Positions 48,895 to 62,964 of a stretch of 64,000 bases of DNA are shown piece by piece. Location of the stretch: NCBI RefSeq assembly GCF_004010195.1, contig NC_057717.1, positions 102,355,002 through 102,419,001 of the forward strand. Reading direction: 5' to 3'. Both the position numbers and the translations under genes were made by a program. The notes beneath the pieces were generated by a model. That model was not told the DNA's origin. It made no database searches and was given only the letters and a program-made list of their open reading frames with translations. The first letter of the stretch is position 1; each line of letters opens with the position of its first letter. Source of the DNA: Chiloscyllium plagiosum. Taxonomy: Eukaryota.

Positions 48895-50355
48895 TTCCAA
48901 TGGTTGGAGACTCTAGAACTAGAGGACACCGTCTGAGAATTAGGGCCAGACCATTCAGGAGAGATGTTCGGAAGCACTTCCACACACAAAAGGGTGGGGG
49001 AGGTTTGGAGCTCTCTTCCACAAACAGCAGTGGATGCTGGATCGGTTGTTAATTTTAAATCTGAGATAGGTAAATTTTTGTTAAGCAAAGGGATATGAGC
49101 CAAAGGCAAGTACATGGATGATTTGGAGATGCTGGTGTTGGACTGATTGAGGAGCAGCACTCCAAAAGCTAGTGCTTCCAAATAAACCTGTTGGACTATA
49201 ACCTGGTGTGTGATTTTTAACCAAGTACATTAGATTAGATTCCCTACAGTGTGGAAACAGGACCTTTGGCCCAACAAGTCCACACCGACCCACCGAAGAG
49301 TAACCCACCCAGACCCATTTTCCTCTGACTAATGTACCTAACACTGCAGGCAATTTAGCATGGGCCAATTCACCTGACCGGCACATCTTTGGACTGTGGG
49401 AGGAAACCGGAGCACCCGGAGGAAACCCACGCAGAGAGAATGTGCAAACTCTATACAGACAGTCACCCGAGGCTGGAATCAAACCTGGGAACCTGGTGCT
49501 GTGAGGCAGCAGTGTTAACTACTGAGCCACCATGCCACCCGTATGGAATCAGCCATGGCTCAGCCATGAGCGGATTGAAAGGTGGGATAGACTCAAGAGG
49601 CTGAATGGCCCACTCTTGCCCCTACATTGTAGTCCCTATGAGGTTATTGCACGTGGGGCTACAGATTTCCGAGCTCCAATCTGTTCTGATTGAACCAGAC
49701 CTGAAATGTAGATTCTCCACAGATGCTGCCAGGTCTGCTGAGTTACTCCCGTTTTTGGTACAGGATTCCATTTGCAATTGTAGACACTGCCTGAATCCCT
49801 GGGGGAGTACCTGAAATAGCAGGGTCGTTCGTAAATCAAATCCCAACAGATGGAAGAGTGAAATATAGGGATAATATTTAAGTTGGAGAAGTTTCAGAGA
49901 AGGTTTACCAGGATGTTGCTTTTGAGTTACATGGAGAGGCTAGATAGGCTAGGACCTTTCTTCACTGGAGCATAAGAGGTTGAGAGATGACTTGAGTGAA
50001 GCTTATAAAATAAGAGAGGTGCAGATAGAGTTGATGGTAGTTGTCTTTCCCCTTGGCTGGGGGAGTTCAAGACGAGGGGCCACATTTTTAAGGTGAGAGG
50101 AGAGGGATTTAAAAATGACATAAGAGACAAATCTTTTGTACAGATGGTGGCTCATGTGTGGAACGAACGTCCTGACAAAGTGGTGGATGTGGGTACAATT
50201 ACAATGTTTAAAAGACATTTGGATAAATACATGAATAGGAAAGCTTTGGAGGGATATGGGCCAGGAGCAGGCAGGTGGGACTAGTTTAGTTTGGGATTAG
50301 GGTCAGCATGGACTGGTTGGGCCGAATGGTCTGTTTCTGTGCTGCATGACTTGAT
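48895..50355. mobile_element. Nested cluster: CR1 3' end (+) holding a 106-bp Penelope-derived insert (49116-49221, TSD CAAGTACAT) and a V-SINE (49231-49519 -), then another CR1 3' fragment (49880-50355 +)
   Basis: CAAGTACAT at 49107-49115 and 49222-49230; SINE and CR1 motifs. Confidence 0.78.
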
Positions 50356-51200
50356 GAGTAGTTATGATTGGAAAGGTGTTGCCCTGAAGGGTGGTGGATT
50401 GTTACTCAATATTTACTTTTCAAAGGAAATTGAATGAATGCTTCTAACAGTTTGCGGGACTCAGGGATTGAGGGGAGGTAAGAGAAAGATGTGTTGGAGT
50501 AGTTGTTAACTCTTTTAAATGTGCCCCGCATGGGACAAAAGGCTGTGCTCCTATGACAGAGTTTACTACTCCGCATTTAGTAACGTCCAGTGAGTTGGGA
50601 GGAGTTGGGCAATCAAGTGTTTGAGAATGAATTTTAGTAGAATCAATGGGTGGTTTGCTTTATCCAGAACTTTGGTTCCAAGGCAACGCCAACCTCTCCT
50701 ACAAGCTTCTCAGAATGATATTATCCATCTGGTGAAGCCATTGTCCAACTCAGAGGAGATTTCTAGCCTGGATACATGCCTTCGGGACATTACTTAGAAT
50801 ATACTCTAACTCAAGGTCTCCTGCATAGAAATGTACATTGGTTGGATTGTTCTCTAATTCCATTCATTCATACGTTGCGGGCATTAGTGACTGGGGCAGT
50901 ATTTATTGCCTGTCCCTCATTGGTCTTGAAAAAGGGGGTGATGAAGCTGCCTTCTTAAACTACTCCAATCTGTAGGAAATTCACAATGCCCTTAGGGAGG
51001 GAATTCCAGGATTTTGACAATGAAGGAACGACAATATATTTCCAAGACGGGATGGTGAGTGGCTTGTATGGGAGCTTGCAGGTGATGATCTGTAGGTCAC
51101 TGGGTTCCGTGATCGGTCAATGAACACACCTGTAAACGACTCTTCGTCCAACATGCAACCAGTCGTTTATTGTATGTTACTGCGCTGGGTTGGCAGACTC

Positions 51201-51667
51201 TGATATGTGGAACAATCCATCTTCCGCAACTACACTGGCCCCACCCCCCACCTTTTCCTCCACTACATCGATGACTGTATCGGCGCCGCCTCGTGCTCCC
51301 ACGAGGAGGTTGAACAGTTCATCCACTTCACCAACACCTTCCACCCCGACCTCAAATTCACCTGGACAGTCTCAGATTCCTCCCTCCCCTTCCTCGACCT
51401 TTCTATTTCTATCTCAGGCGACCGAATCAACACGGACATCTACTACAAACCGACCGACTCCCACAGCTACCTGGACTACACCTCCTCCCATCCTGCCCCC
51501 TGTAAAAACGCCATCCCATTCTCCCAATTACTTCGACTCCGCCGCACCTGCTCCCAGGAGGACCAGTTCAAAATACGTACAACACAGATGGCCTCCTTCT
51601 TCAAGGACCACAATTTCCCCCCCGACGTGGTCGACGATCCCCCCCACCGCATCTCTTCCACTTCCCG
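51201..51667 (+). mobile_element. Penelope-like element reverse transcriptase fragment
   Basis: FLHYIDDC catalytic motif, FHPDLKFT, LPFLDL, DIYYKPTDSHSYLDYTSSHP, QLLRLRRTCS, all typical of PLE RT core/thumb. Confidence 0.92.
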
Positions 51668-52149
51668 GCAATATCCTTTACAGATAATGAATCCCAGTGA
51701 AGGGTCACTTCAGCTTAACTGTAATTTTTACTTAACTGACTCTTGAGTCTAATGGCATAAACACGTATTTCTGGTTCTAATGACCTAACCTACTTTCAGT
51801 TTTGACAGGACACAGAACATAGATTACATAACAGTACATCACAGGAACAGGCCCTTTGACCCTTTGGTTTAAAGGTAAGAGGGAAAAGATTTCAAAGGGA
51901 CCTGAGGGGCAATTTTTTCATGTAGAGGGTGGTGCACATATGGAATGAACTGCCGGAGAAAATGGTAGAGACGGGTACAATTGCAAAATTTAAAAGATAT
52001 TTGGACTGGTACATGGATAGGAAAGGTTTAGAGGGATGTGGGCCAAATCCAGGCAAATGGGAGTAGTTCAGTTTAGGAACCTTGGTCGGCATGGACGAAT
52101 TGGGCTGAAGGGTCAGTTTCTGTGCTGTATGACTATTACTGTATGACTA

Positions 52150-52440
52150 TCCACCCTATCCATCGAATTCAGCACCGCCTTCCTAACCTGAGATCTTCTT
52201 CCCGACCTCTCCGCCCCCACCCCAGTCTGACCTATCACCCTCACCTTGACCTCTTTCCACCTATCACATTTCCGATGCCCCTCCCCCTAGTCCCTCCTCC
52301 CTACCTTTTATCTTAGCCTGCTGGACAAACTTTCCCCATTCCTGAAGAAGGGCTTATGCCCGAAACGTCGATTCTCCTGTTCCCTGGATGCTGCCTGACC
52401 TGCTGCACTTTTCCAGCAACACATTTCCAGACTCTGATTC
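52150..52440 (+). mobile_element. Penelope-like 3' end with intact hammerhead motif at 52338-52373
   Basis: AUUC-CUGAAGA-A-GGGC UUAU GCCC-GAAA-CG-UC-GAUU after a pyrimidine-rich UTR. Confidence 0.75.
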
Positions 52441-52904
52441 ACCCAGAAGTAGGAAAACTTCTTGGCAATCAAAAGAATCCAACAACCTTACAGAGTTTGC
52501 ATAAGCTGTATATACATTATTAATCATCAGACATGGAGCATGATCACATAGTAACAGCCAATCAATATATGATATAACTTCATGGGTAGTTGCTTGAACC
52601 AATGATATTGATTAAGTCATAATGGTTTATGTCACCTTTACAAAGATTCGCAGCTTGCAAAGTGTGGTTAGTTTTTATATAGCTTTAGAGATTCGCTGCA
52701 GGTGGTTACATAGGCGCAGGGAACCATTTTGTCTCTAACTGTAATTTAGAATAAACCATTATTTCTTGTTTGTTTTTAAATGGAATTACATCAATCTGCG
52801 GTTTCTTGTTTCTGTGGGGTTCAGTGCAATCTAATTTAGCAAAGCAGAAGCCATGTTGTGCAGCTCCTTTATCCATTTTGATCTACCTCCCAGAGGCCCG
52901 TATC

Positions 52905-53195
52905 CTCACCGGGATTGATGTTCCCATGTATCTTCTGCCCTTGTCCTTCTAGAGGGAAGTGGTCGTGGGTTTGGAAGGTGCTCTCTGAGGATTTTTAATG
53001 AATTTCTGTAGTGCATGTTGTAGATAGCACACACTGCTGCTACTGAGCATCGGTGGTGGAGGGAGCGGATGCTTGTGGATGTGGTGCCAATCAAGCGGGC
53101 TGCTTTGTGCTGGATGGTGTCAAGCTTCTTGAGTGTTGTTGGAGCTGCACCCATCCAGGACAAGAGGGAGTATTCCACCACACTCCTGACTTCTT
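52905..53195 (-). mobile_element. CR1/L2-group LINE ORF2 C-terminal fragment
   Basis: VRSVVEYSLLSW...KKLDTIQHKAARLIG...SLHHRCSVAAVC. Confidence 0.8.
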
Positions 53196-53559
53196 GAAGC
53201 TGATGGTGAAGGATAATGTCAGTGTGGTGAAGCAAGAAATATCTTTTGGAGGGAGACACATATCCATGAGGTATCGTGGGTGATGTTCCATGTGGAGATT
53301 TTCATGATGATTGAGTTTTTGCCTGCTTGATGAAAAGTATACAATTTCCTCAGTCATTTCCATTTTAGTAAAAACCAGCGAACCTTGAGAGAAAGTTTAC
53401 AGTTGCCAAATTCGACATGCCCTTGAACCAGCTAAAACTGCCAAGCAGTGTTACCTGCAGCTTGCTCCATGAGGAACGTTTTATCAGTTGTGGATTTTGT
53501 CACAAGGTTGAAGAAACTGATCTCTGGAATGGAACCCACAATCTACCAGGGGGACGGCT

Positions 53560-56500
53560 GGAATATCCCGTGAAGAGAGATTGTTTCAATCAGGTCTGTA
53601 CTCACTGGAGTTGAAAAGGGTAAGGGAGGACTGACTGAAATGGATACAATTCTAAAAGGACAGACGAGATGCAGGGAGGATGTTTCTCTCCTTGGCTGGG
53701 GAGTCTGGAACCAGGGGTCAGAGTCTCTGGATACAGGGTCGGCCATTTAGGATGGAGGTGAGGAAATATTTTTTTCACTCAGAGCGCGGTCACCCTGTAG
53801 AATTCTCTACCACAGGAGGCTGTGGTGGCCAAGTCACCGAATACATTCGAGATAGACGTAGATAATGTCTTAAAGGCATCGAGAGGCATGGACAGAAAGT
53901 AGAAATGTGATGATGAGTTGGAGGATCAGCCATGATCATATTGAATGGCAGAGCATGCTTGAAGGGCTGAATGGCCTCCTCCATCTCCTTTTTCAGTGCT
54001 TCTCTGGCTTGAAGGCAAGAGTCCTCTCAAAGGCACTGGAAAAATAAGCTGCAAGGCCATACTAATACTCAGCTGATTGACTAACCTTCTCCAGGTCAAG
54101 GATTCTACAACCTCAAGTCTTGCCTGAGATAAATACACTTTCAGTTCCATACAAATTGGGTGATCACTAGCAAGCAACAAATGTAAACTCACTGCTGTTA
54201 CTCACATCCCACGATCAAACCAATAAATGTTAAAAAAAAATAAAAGTCTGAGAATGGGTTCGGACCAATGGACTTCGAAAAGTTGCCCTGCCCCATTGAC
54301 AGCCATCAGTTAGGCAAAACTTTCCATTAGTTATCCCCACGTGATTCTAAGATTCATTTTAAGAACGCCAGAATTGGAAGCATTCGGTAGACTATTCGTT
54401 TGGTCCTCAAGATCTTCCAACACAATCCCACTCCCCTGTCTTTATCCCCAGATCCCTCAGTTCCATTAGTGACCAAAACCCACCGCAGTCTTGAATTTCC
54501 TCATGGATTGAGCATCCTGGACTTAACTCAAGCTCCTGGAACTCCTTCCCAACGGCATCATGGGTCCACTTACACCAGAGGAACTGCAGCGATTCAAGAA
54601 GGCAGCTCACCCCCACCTTCTCACGGAATGGGCAATAAATACTGGGCCCAGCCAGCGACACCCACATCCCAAGAGTGAATGAAAGAAAAATTCAAAGACA
54701 CTTGCTGCAGAGAATTCCAAAGATTTATGACCAATAGAGTAAGGAACGGTCTTCTCATCTCAATCCTAAATGGCCTGTCATTAAAGATGGTGGCTCGTAG
54801 TTTGGAACACTGGGGCAAAATAAAAGTCTGGACTTTCATCGTTTATTCCATTTCATGAGTCAACATCTCATTCTTCTGAACCACAGGCTTCTCCACTTGA
54901 TCCCCTGCTCATCCCTGTCATCGTTTGCTGTGGGAGAATGGGATCACTTTGTATTTCCTGTGTTACTTTTAGAAAGAGATGTGGGCAGCTTCCTTTAGCC
55001 TCAGTGATGCCTTTGTAGAGTCAGCCAGCAGGGAAACAGACCCTCCGGTCCAACCAGTCCATGCCGAACATAATCCAAAACTAAATTAGTCCCACCTGCC
55101 TGGTCCTGGCCCATAGCCCCCCAAACCTTTCATATTCGTGTCCTTATCCATATGTTTTTTAAACCTTGTGACTGTACTGGGTGGCACGGTGGCTCAGTGG
55201 TTAGCACTGCTGCCTCACAGTGCCAGGGACACAGGTTCGATTCTAGCCTTGGGTGACTGTCTGTGTGGAGTGTGCACATTCTCCCTGTGTCTGTGTGGGT
55301 TTCCTCCCAAAGTCCAAAAAGATGTGCAGGTTTGGGTGGATTGGCCATGCTAAATTGCCCATAGTGTTAGGCGCATTAGTCAGGGCTTCCTGGGTTACTC
55401 TTAGGAGGGTTAGTATGGACTACTTGGGCCGACAAGCCTGTTTCCATACTGTAGGGAATCTAATCTACCTGCTTCCTCTGGCAGTTCATTCCACACACAA
55501 ACCAGCCTCTGCATAAAAAGGTTGCCTCGCATGTCCTTTTTAAATCTTTCTTCTCTCACCTTAAAAATAACGTCTCCAAGCTTTGAAACCCCCCACCTTA
55601 TCCATGTCCCTCATGATTTTACTAGCCTCAATAAGGTCACCCCTCAACCTCTTACGTCCCAGTGTAAAAAAGACCTGGTCTACTTTTATAAATCCATTCT
55701 GAACACCATCCTGTTAAATCTTTCCTGAACCCTCTCCAGTTTAATAATATCCTTCCCATAACACGGTGACTAGAACTGTGCGCAATATTCCAGAAAAGGC
55801 CTCACTGATGTCCTGTATAACCTCAACATGACGTCCCAACTCCTATACTCAGTGCCTGAGCACTGAAGGTAAGTGTGCTAAGTGCTTTCTTAACCACCTT
55901 GTTAAACTGTTTATTAATAACTTCATTAAGAACTGAAAGAGAAGCTAAGTTTCTGGCCCTTTGCATCGAAGGGTTGTTCTACTGCCAACACATTCTCAAC
56001 ATTTTCAACAGCGGGAAACAAGTAGAAGATTGCTTTATGCTGAAGTTTGTAAATACTGGTTACCTGGCAACTGGAAAAGAACAGGTGGTAACCTCCAGGG
56101 CATGTACACAGCTCCTTAACGGCTCCTCTTGTCGATTTTTGCAAAGCTCGATGTTGACAGAGATTGAACTGTCAGAGAGACAGAGAGAGAAAAACAGAGA
56201 GAGAAAGGGACAAAGAGAGAGAGGACAGAGAAAGGGAGAATCTGTACAGAGAGAGAGTGATAAATGTGTCAAGCTTCTGGCAGTCTTGCCTTTATTGGTC
56301 AGACCATTGAGTACAGGAGATGGGACGTCATGTTGTGGCTGTACAGGTCATTGGTTAGGCCACTTTTAGAATACTGCATACAGTTCTCGTCGCCCTTCTA
56401 TAGAAATTATGTTGTGAAACTTGAAAGGGTGCAGAAAAGATGTTGCCAGGGTTTGTGGATTTGACAGGTAGGGAGAGGCTGCATAGGCTGGGACTGTTTT

Positions 56501-58745
56501 CCCTGGAGCATCAGAGGCCAGGGGGTGACCTTATAGAGGTTTATAAGATCATGAATGAATAAACAAGGTCTTTTTCCCACAGTAGGAAAGTCCAAAACGA
56601 GAGGGCGTTGGTTTAAGGTGATTTAAATAGGACCCGAGGGGTAACTTTTTCACACGGAGGGTGGTGCGTGTATGGAGTGAGCTGCCAGAAGAAGTGGTGG
56701 GGGCTGGTAGAGTGACAACATTTAAAAGGCATCTGAATGGATAGACGAATAGGAAGGGTTTAGAGGGATGTGGGCCAAGTGCTGGCAAATGGGACTAGGT
56801 CAGATTGGGATCTAGATGGTGTAGATGAGTTGGACCGAAGGGTCTGTTTCTGCGCTGTCTGATTCTATGACTTGAGAAGTGGATAAGGGATGGACTAGTG
56901 TACCATTTATCCATCATGGTCACTCTGAAGGGGTTTGGACACAGTATCCAGGGTATAGTGTGACTGCAATATCCTCAAAATAATGTCAATGGAATTTCTT
57001 AGCCTTTGCAGTGGATGAACTATTACTGTAAATGGGATAATGTCATGCCTGGTAAAGGATTCCCAGAGACATGTTAAAGACAACATTTAAGGTCTTTTGT
57101 GGCTCAGATAATACACTGAGCCATGGCTCAATAGGCAACAGTTTGTCTTGACAGCTGTAAAAATGCTTTGGGATGGTTTTCTGCCCTGAGAGGTGATATA
57201 TAAATAGAGATACATTCCTTTCACGGGAGGAAGAGTTTTTCTAAGTGTTACAGTAATGCTGGAGACTTCTAATGCTTTAACAATGACCTTTAAATTACTT
57301 CTTTTGTGATGAGTGATGTACTCTTGTTCTGGGTAGATCACTAAAGTGGTAGGACGAGTATCTCAAACTACCCAGAGGAAAGATTGAGATAATTTACACT
57401 GCACTGTAGCTTGAAGGAAACATTAGGCCCAAAGTGACTGCAGTGTAAGGGAACATTGCAGTTACTTGCTCTTGAACATATATGGTGCCAGCAAAGACCC
57501 CCATTACGCATCTGATCAACCGGCTCTGCTTCCTATCCAATTAATTAGAGAATCCCAAAAGTGTGGAAGCTGGCCATTCAGGTCCACACCAACTCTCTGA
57601 AGAGCATCCCACCCAATCCCTGTCACCCTGTGCTTACCATGGCTAATCCACCTGACCTGCACATCTTTGGACTGTGAGAGGAAACCCACGCGACACAGGG
57701 AGAATGTGCAAACTTCACACAGACAGTCGTCTGAGGCTGGAATCGAACCGGCATCCCTTGGTGCTGTGAGGCAGCAGTGCTAACCACTGAGCCACCGTGT
57801 CACCCCACTGCTTTTAAAAACAATCTGATTCTCTCCTCCACGGTAATGAAAGTTTTGTATCATGGTGGAAGTATGGATACTCACAAAGTACTATGATGCC
57901 ATAGTCACATGACTAAGTAAAGAGCTATGGAAGTGAGTTGAAGCTGAGCGCTTGGTGGTGTAGGGGTCATGTCACTGGTGCTCGTAATCCAGGCTACTGT
58001 CCTGGGGATGCAAGTTCAAATCTCCTCACTGCAGCTGGTGGAATGTTAGTTCAATTAATGAATTTAAAATCGATAACGATCATTGATTGTCACAAAAACC
58101 CATCTGATCAACCAAGCTCCTTTTACCCAGTCAGGCCTACATATGACTCCAGACCCACAGCAACGTGGCTGAATAAGGAGAGGTTGGATAGGCTGGGACT
58201 TGTTTCCCTGGAACATAGGAGACTGAGGGGTGACATTATAGAGGTTTAAAAAATCATGAGGGTCATAGATAAGGCAGATAGCAAACAGTTATTCCTCAGG
58301 GTAGGGGAGATTAAAACTAGAGGGCATAGGTTTAAGATGAGAGGGGAGAGGGAAAAGATACAAAAGGCTCCAGAGGGTGCAATTGCTTCACACAGGGGGT
58401 GGTGAGTGTCTGGAATGGGTTAGAGAGTTAGTAGTGGAAAAGAGTACAATGTCATCATTTAAGAAACACTAAGACAGTTACATGGATGGAGAAAATGAGG
58501 ACTGCAGGTGCTGGAGATCAGAAGGGCTCATGCCCAAAACATCAATTCTCCTGCTGCTTGGATGCTGCCTTACCTGCTGTGCTTTTCCAGCACTATACTC
58601 AGGTACATGGATGGGATGGGTATGGAGGGATATGGACTAACTGCAGGAAAATGGGACTAGTTTAAAGGGTGCAAACTGTGCAAAATAGGCAAGTTGGGCC
58701 GAAGGGCCTGTTTTCATGGTGTAGACCTCAATGACTCTATGACTC
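53560..58745. mobile_element. CR1 3' fragments (53560-53985 +, 55020-55910 -, 56285-56870 +, 58170-58745 +) and V-SINEs (55180-55467 +, 57545-57803 -) with unique spacers
   Basis: Recurrent CR1 C-terminal/3' UTR and SINE motifs. Confidence 0.75.
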
Positions 58746-59479
58746 TGCAATGGCTGACCAAGTCTTGGACAATAAATGCTAACCTCGACAGTGGTACCTA
58801 TAACCTGTGACAGAATTAAGAATCCAAATGTTGACAGAATTTGAGGTCTTGTAGGAACTCCCATAGAACCCAGCAGCAGTTCTTGCAAACCTAAATGCAG
58901 CTGGACCCCAAATATCCAACAAAACAGACTTGACATCAAGAAAACCAGTTGACCTGATGCACTTTCCATATATCCTTGTATGTATATTACACGACAGCGA
59001 GAAGGTACAACAAGCAATTAGGAAGGAAAATGGATTCATGGCTTTCATTGCAAGGACAATAGAGAATAAATGTAGTCATGACTTACTATAACCATTCAGA
59101 GAGTTTAATGTGACCTACATAACGTCAAAACTACAGTGAAAGCAAGTTGCAGCAGAAACTAAATGACTATGGCAAGCCATACTATACAATCCACAAATGC
59201 AATTCTTCAAATGTCCTGCTTTTTGCAAAGAAAAATGCACACGTTATGAAATGCAGCTCAAACGAACCCAATATATATAGTCAACGATGAAAATTCCAAT
59301 TCACCAACAAAATTCATGTGTCCATTCTACACAGTCCCACTTTCATCAGTCTCTGTGTTGCATATGTAATTTTTATTCCAATGGTACACCTCTGTGCTAT
59401 TGTTAGCAACTCTTTTGGTAACTCATCGCTCCTAGGGATGATGGTCCATCTCTGTGGTGAGTGCTGTTGCCTTTGTAAC

Positions 59480-61300
59480 TACTGTTGTTGCTTTGTTGTC
59501 TTTGTTGGGGAATGGTGCACCATGGGGTCTATTGATTGCTCCATACGCTGTGCAGGTGGCAACATCACATCTTCCTCATGTCTGTCTGTAGTGAAGGAAC
59601 TGTTTCTCCAGCCCAATGTAAATGTCTGCGGGTTGCAAACATAGCTTGTCATCATGTTCACCAGCTACAGTTGAGGTCATCACTGCTCTGCACAAGTCCC
59701 AAATTGCCATTTAAGCTGACTCCTGTGCTGAGCATTGAATATCTGTATGCTAATTGGCTCTCTAACTCCCAGCTCTGCCAATGATCTGGAGTGAAATATG
59801 GTCTCCTGTCATTTTATCTTAATGTTGTTACTCACGTTTGCTACTGGCTTCACTCATAATTTTTAGCAATTTGATGAGCACCGTGGGTGTGCCATTATAT
59901 TAGCTGTCGGTCAAGATTCTTTTCCAGGTTTTCAGTACGTGCATTTCTCCACTCCAGGATTGCCTTGTGTAAGCCTGCGCAGCGTTTGCTCAACTTTTAT
60001 TGTTTTCGAGCAGTTCTGGGATTTTTCACCCTCACTTCACCTTTTGATTTGATTTGGGGATAACGTAGAGATGAAATGCGTGCTGCCGTAGTACCCAATG
60101 AGTTATGATGTGCCTGAATTAATCACTCATGGATCGAGGGCTATTGTGGCTCACCACAATTTCTGGAAAGCACAGCACTTAAAGTGTGCTCTAAGATCTT
60201 GCGAGTAGTCATTGACGTCAACTGACAAGGTAATGAGTTCCTCTGGGAGTGTAAAGGGCTACTCTGGGCTTTGCCTACGGCTCTATCTGGGGTAACAAAT
60301 ATCAGAAACAGCTCTCCAGTTTGTTAACTTGATATTCATATGAGTACTGGCCCTAGTGGGCAGCACGGTGGTTAGCACTGTTACCTCACAGCACCAGAGA
60401 CCCAGGTTCAATTCCCCCCTCAGGTGACTGACTGTGTGGAGTTTGTACATTCTCCCTGTGGCTGAGTGGGTTTCCTCCCACAGTCCAAAAATGTGCAGGT
60501 GAGGTGAATTGGCCATGCTAAATTGCCTGTAGTGTTAGGTGCAGGGGTAAATGTGGGGGTGGGTTCGTGTGGACTTGTTGGGCCTGTTTCCACACTGTAA
60601 GTAATATAAATTAGCTTCATTTCATGTGCCTGCCCAGTTCTTTTGCCTTTCTCAGACTAGATACAACGTCTGGATAGCTTGAATTATGTGTTTCAACCTC
60701 TTCTGATGGACTCCGTTCCTTTGTACAAGATGCCATCCTGGGCTATCCCGTCATCTCTGCCTGCCCATCACAGTCTTACAGCGATAAAGGTGTCCTTGAT
60801 GTTTTCAGACCACACTTGCACCAACACTCCCTGCAGCACATGGTGAGTTACAACTTGTGACGTCAGCCCATTGATTTGAGTAAGACTTTCGGACTCAACA
60901 CCTTTACCTTCCCCCAGAATTGCTCCAAACCAATCAACGTGCAGCAAATGCACTTTGATGACTTCCAGTGCGTGTCAGGCTTTTACTTTCTTGTGGAGTC
61001 TGGAAGATTTTGCGCTCTGTTTGAGTATCAGCTTTCATCACAGGGACTGCAGCTATTGAGAGGCCTGTCAGTGATAGACAGCTCTTTCCCTCACTTGCAC
61101 ATCACTTCCAGATGGGAAATGAAATAACATCCCTTGCAGATGTTCTGAAGCATGGAAAAGTGGTTTGAAACAGATGCTTTAGGGTTGTTTGTGGTTAGAT
61201 CTAATTGTCATTTTGTCTCTCCCAAATGGACATTGATTCAAAAAAGCTGAGAAAGAAAGATAATGGGCAGGCGCTCTCTCCCAATCGGAGCTCAGATTAC
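59480..61300 (-). mobile_element. Highly decayed Ty3/Gypsy pol (RNase H - integrase), interrupted by V-SINE 60358-60610
   Basis: Minus-strand remnants FGRDKMTIRSNHKQP (cf. GR..V.TDHKPL), SSLRYPQ (cf. SP.YPQSNG) and KAILEWRNA (cf. ALLEWRNTP), with many stops and frameshifts. Confidence 0.6.
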
Positions 61301-62744
61301 TCAGTTTGTGTTCAATGCCAGAACATCTCACTGTGTAAAGACATTTCCTATAATCCCTCATGATAAGCGCTTATTTCTGACTTGGAAATCTGATGAGGTA
61401 GAATTTATGCCATCTCAAAATGCTTCTTCCACCGTCAACATAAGGCCACACACAAACTGCAGGAAGAACACCTCGTCTTCCACCACGGGAGCTTATAACC
61501 GGGCGGCCTTAACATTGAATTCACCAGCTTCCAAATCTCCCAAAACCGGCCCCCCTACCTCATCCCAGGCCCAGCCCTCCCTCTCCAACCCGTCCCCTTA
61601 ACCTGACCTTACCTGTCCATCTTCCTTCCCACCTGTCTGTTCCACCCTTCCCACTGACCAGTCACAATCGCCTCCTACCTGTGTCCACTATCGCCATCCC
61701 ACCCACCTTTTCCCCAGCCCCTACCCTTTCCTTCTATTTATTTTTCAGCCCCCTTCCCCCTCCCCAGTTCTGATGAAAGATTCTGACCTGAAATGTGCTG
61801 GTCAGCATGGACGGGTTGGACCGAAAGGTCTGTTTCCATGCTGTACATCTCTGTGACTCTATGATGTTGTCTGACCTGCTATGCTTTTCCAGCTCCACAC
61901 TTTATCCATGCTGACTCTCCAGCATCTGCAGTTCTCACTCCTTCCAAGCTCTTGAAAGGACATCACTCCAAAGTTGTTAAAAAAACAAATCCTTCAAGGT
62001 TTATATCCTCTGTGTTACCTTCACATTTATTCATCTGCAATTTAGCCAATTTTATGTGTCAGGTGTTGAAGTCAAACACAAACATACTTCTGAATTATCC
62101 TCCCTTACGGAAACCTGGAACAAAACCAAGTTGACCACTCGTAATGAAATGTGCTCACTTGTTGTGGATTGTGGCCAACTCTGTGGAAGCAGTTCTACTC
62201 CAAGATATGTTTGTATTTGAACTCACTAGGGGCTTTATGTTGCAACTTGGAAGCAATAACCAATTCTGTTCTTGTACATACATACTAAGATCACTTCCAA
62301 TTGAATTCCTGCCTTGAAACCTTCAGCATTCCCCAAAAGATGAACCCCATTGATGAACCACAAATGTCTATCTCATGTTGCTCAGTAACCATGGCAGCCA
62401 TTTTGAACCACACTTTAAGCTCTCCACCATGTACAGGCCAGTGGTACCAAATGGTGGGGTTTTGCTTTCTTTCCAAATATGTAGTTAGGAGTTCTGTGAT
62501 TATTTGAATAATTATGCTTTTAGTAAAGAGAACTCCATCTAATTTAATTTTGCTTGGAAGAGGACCCCAGTTCAGACTGCACAAGACCAGTCCCTCCCAG
62601 TTCTCCTCCTCTTTACCAACCTTGCAGGTGCAGCTGAGAAAATATTCCTTACTGCAACACCTTTGTATAACACTTTAGTTCCTGGCTCTATAATGAATTC
62701 ACACTCACACCAGCTCCCAATAGAGCTACCCAGCTAGTCCCACA

Positions 62745-62955
62745 CATAGAATCCCAACAGTGTGGAGGCAGGCCATTTGGCCCATCAAGTACACTTGCCC
62801 CCACTTCCCGAAAAGTATCCCACCCAGGCCCAACCCATCCCTGCATTTCCCATGGCTAACCCATCCAGCCTGTACATCTCTGGATACTACAGGCAATTTA
62901 GCATGGCCAATCCATCTAACCTACACAGCTTCGGACTGCAGGAGGAAACCCATGT
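62745..62955 (-). mobile_element. V-SINE 3' part
   Basis: GGCAATTTAGCATGGCCAATCC and tail. Confidence 0.8.
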
Positions 62956-62964
62956 CAACACGCA

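Noticed and set aside
51207..51746. Telomerase-like or host RT gene
   Set aside because: Motifs match Penelope RT; the fragment is truncated at both ends and has no exon structure.
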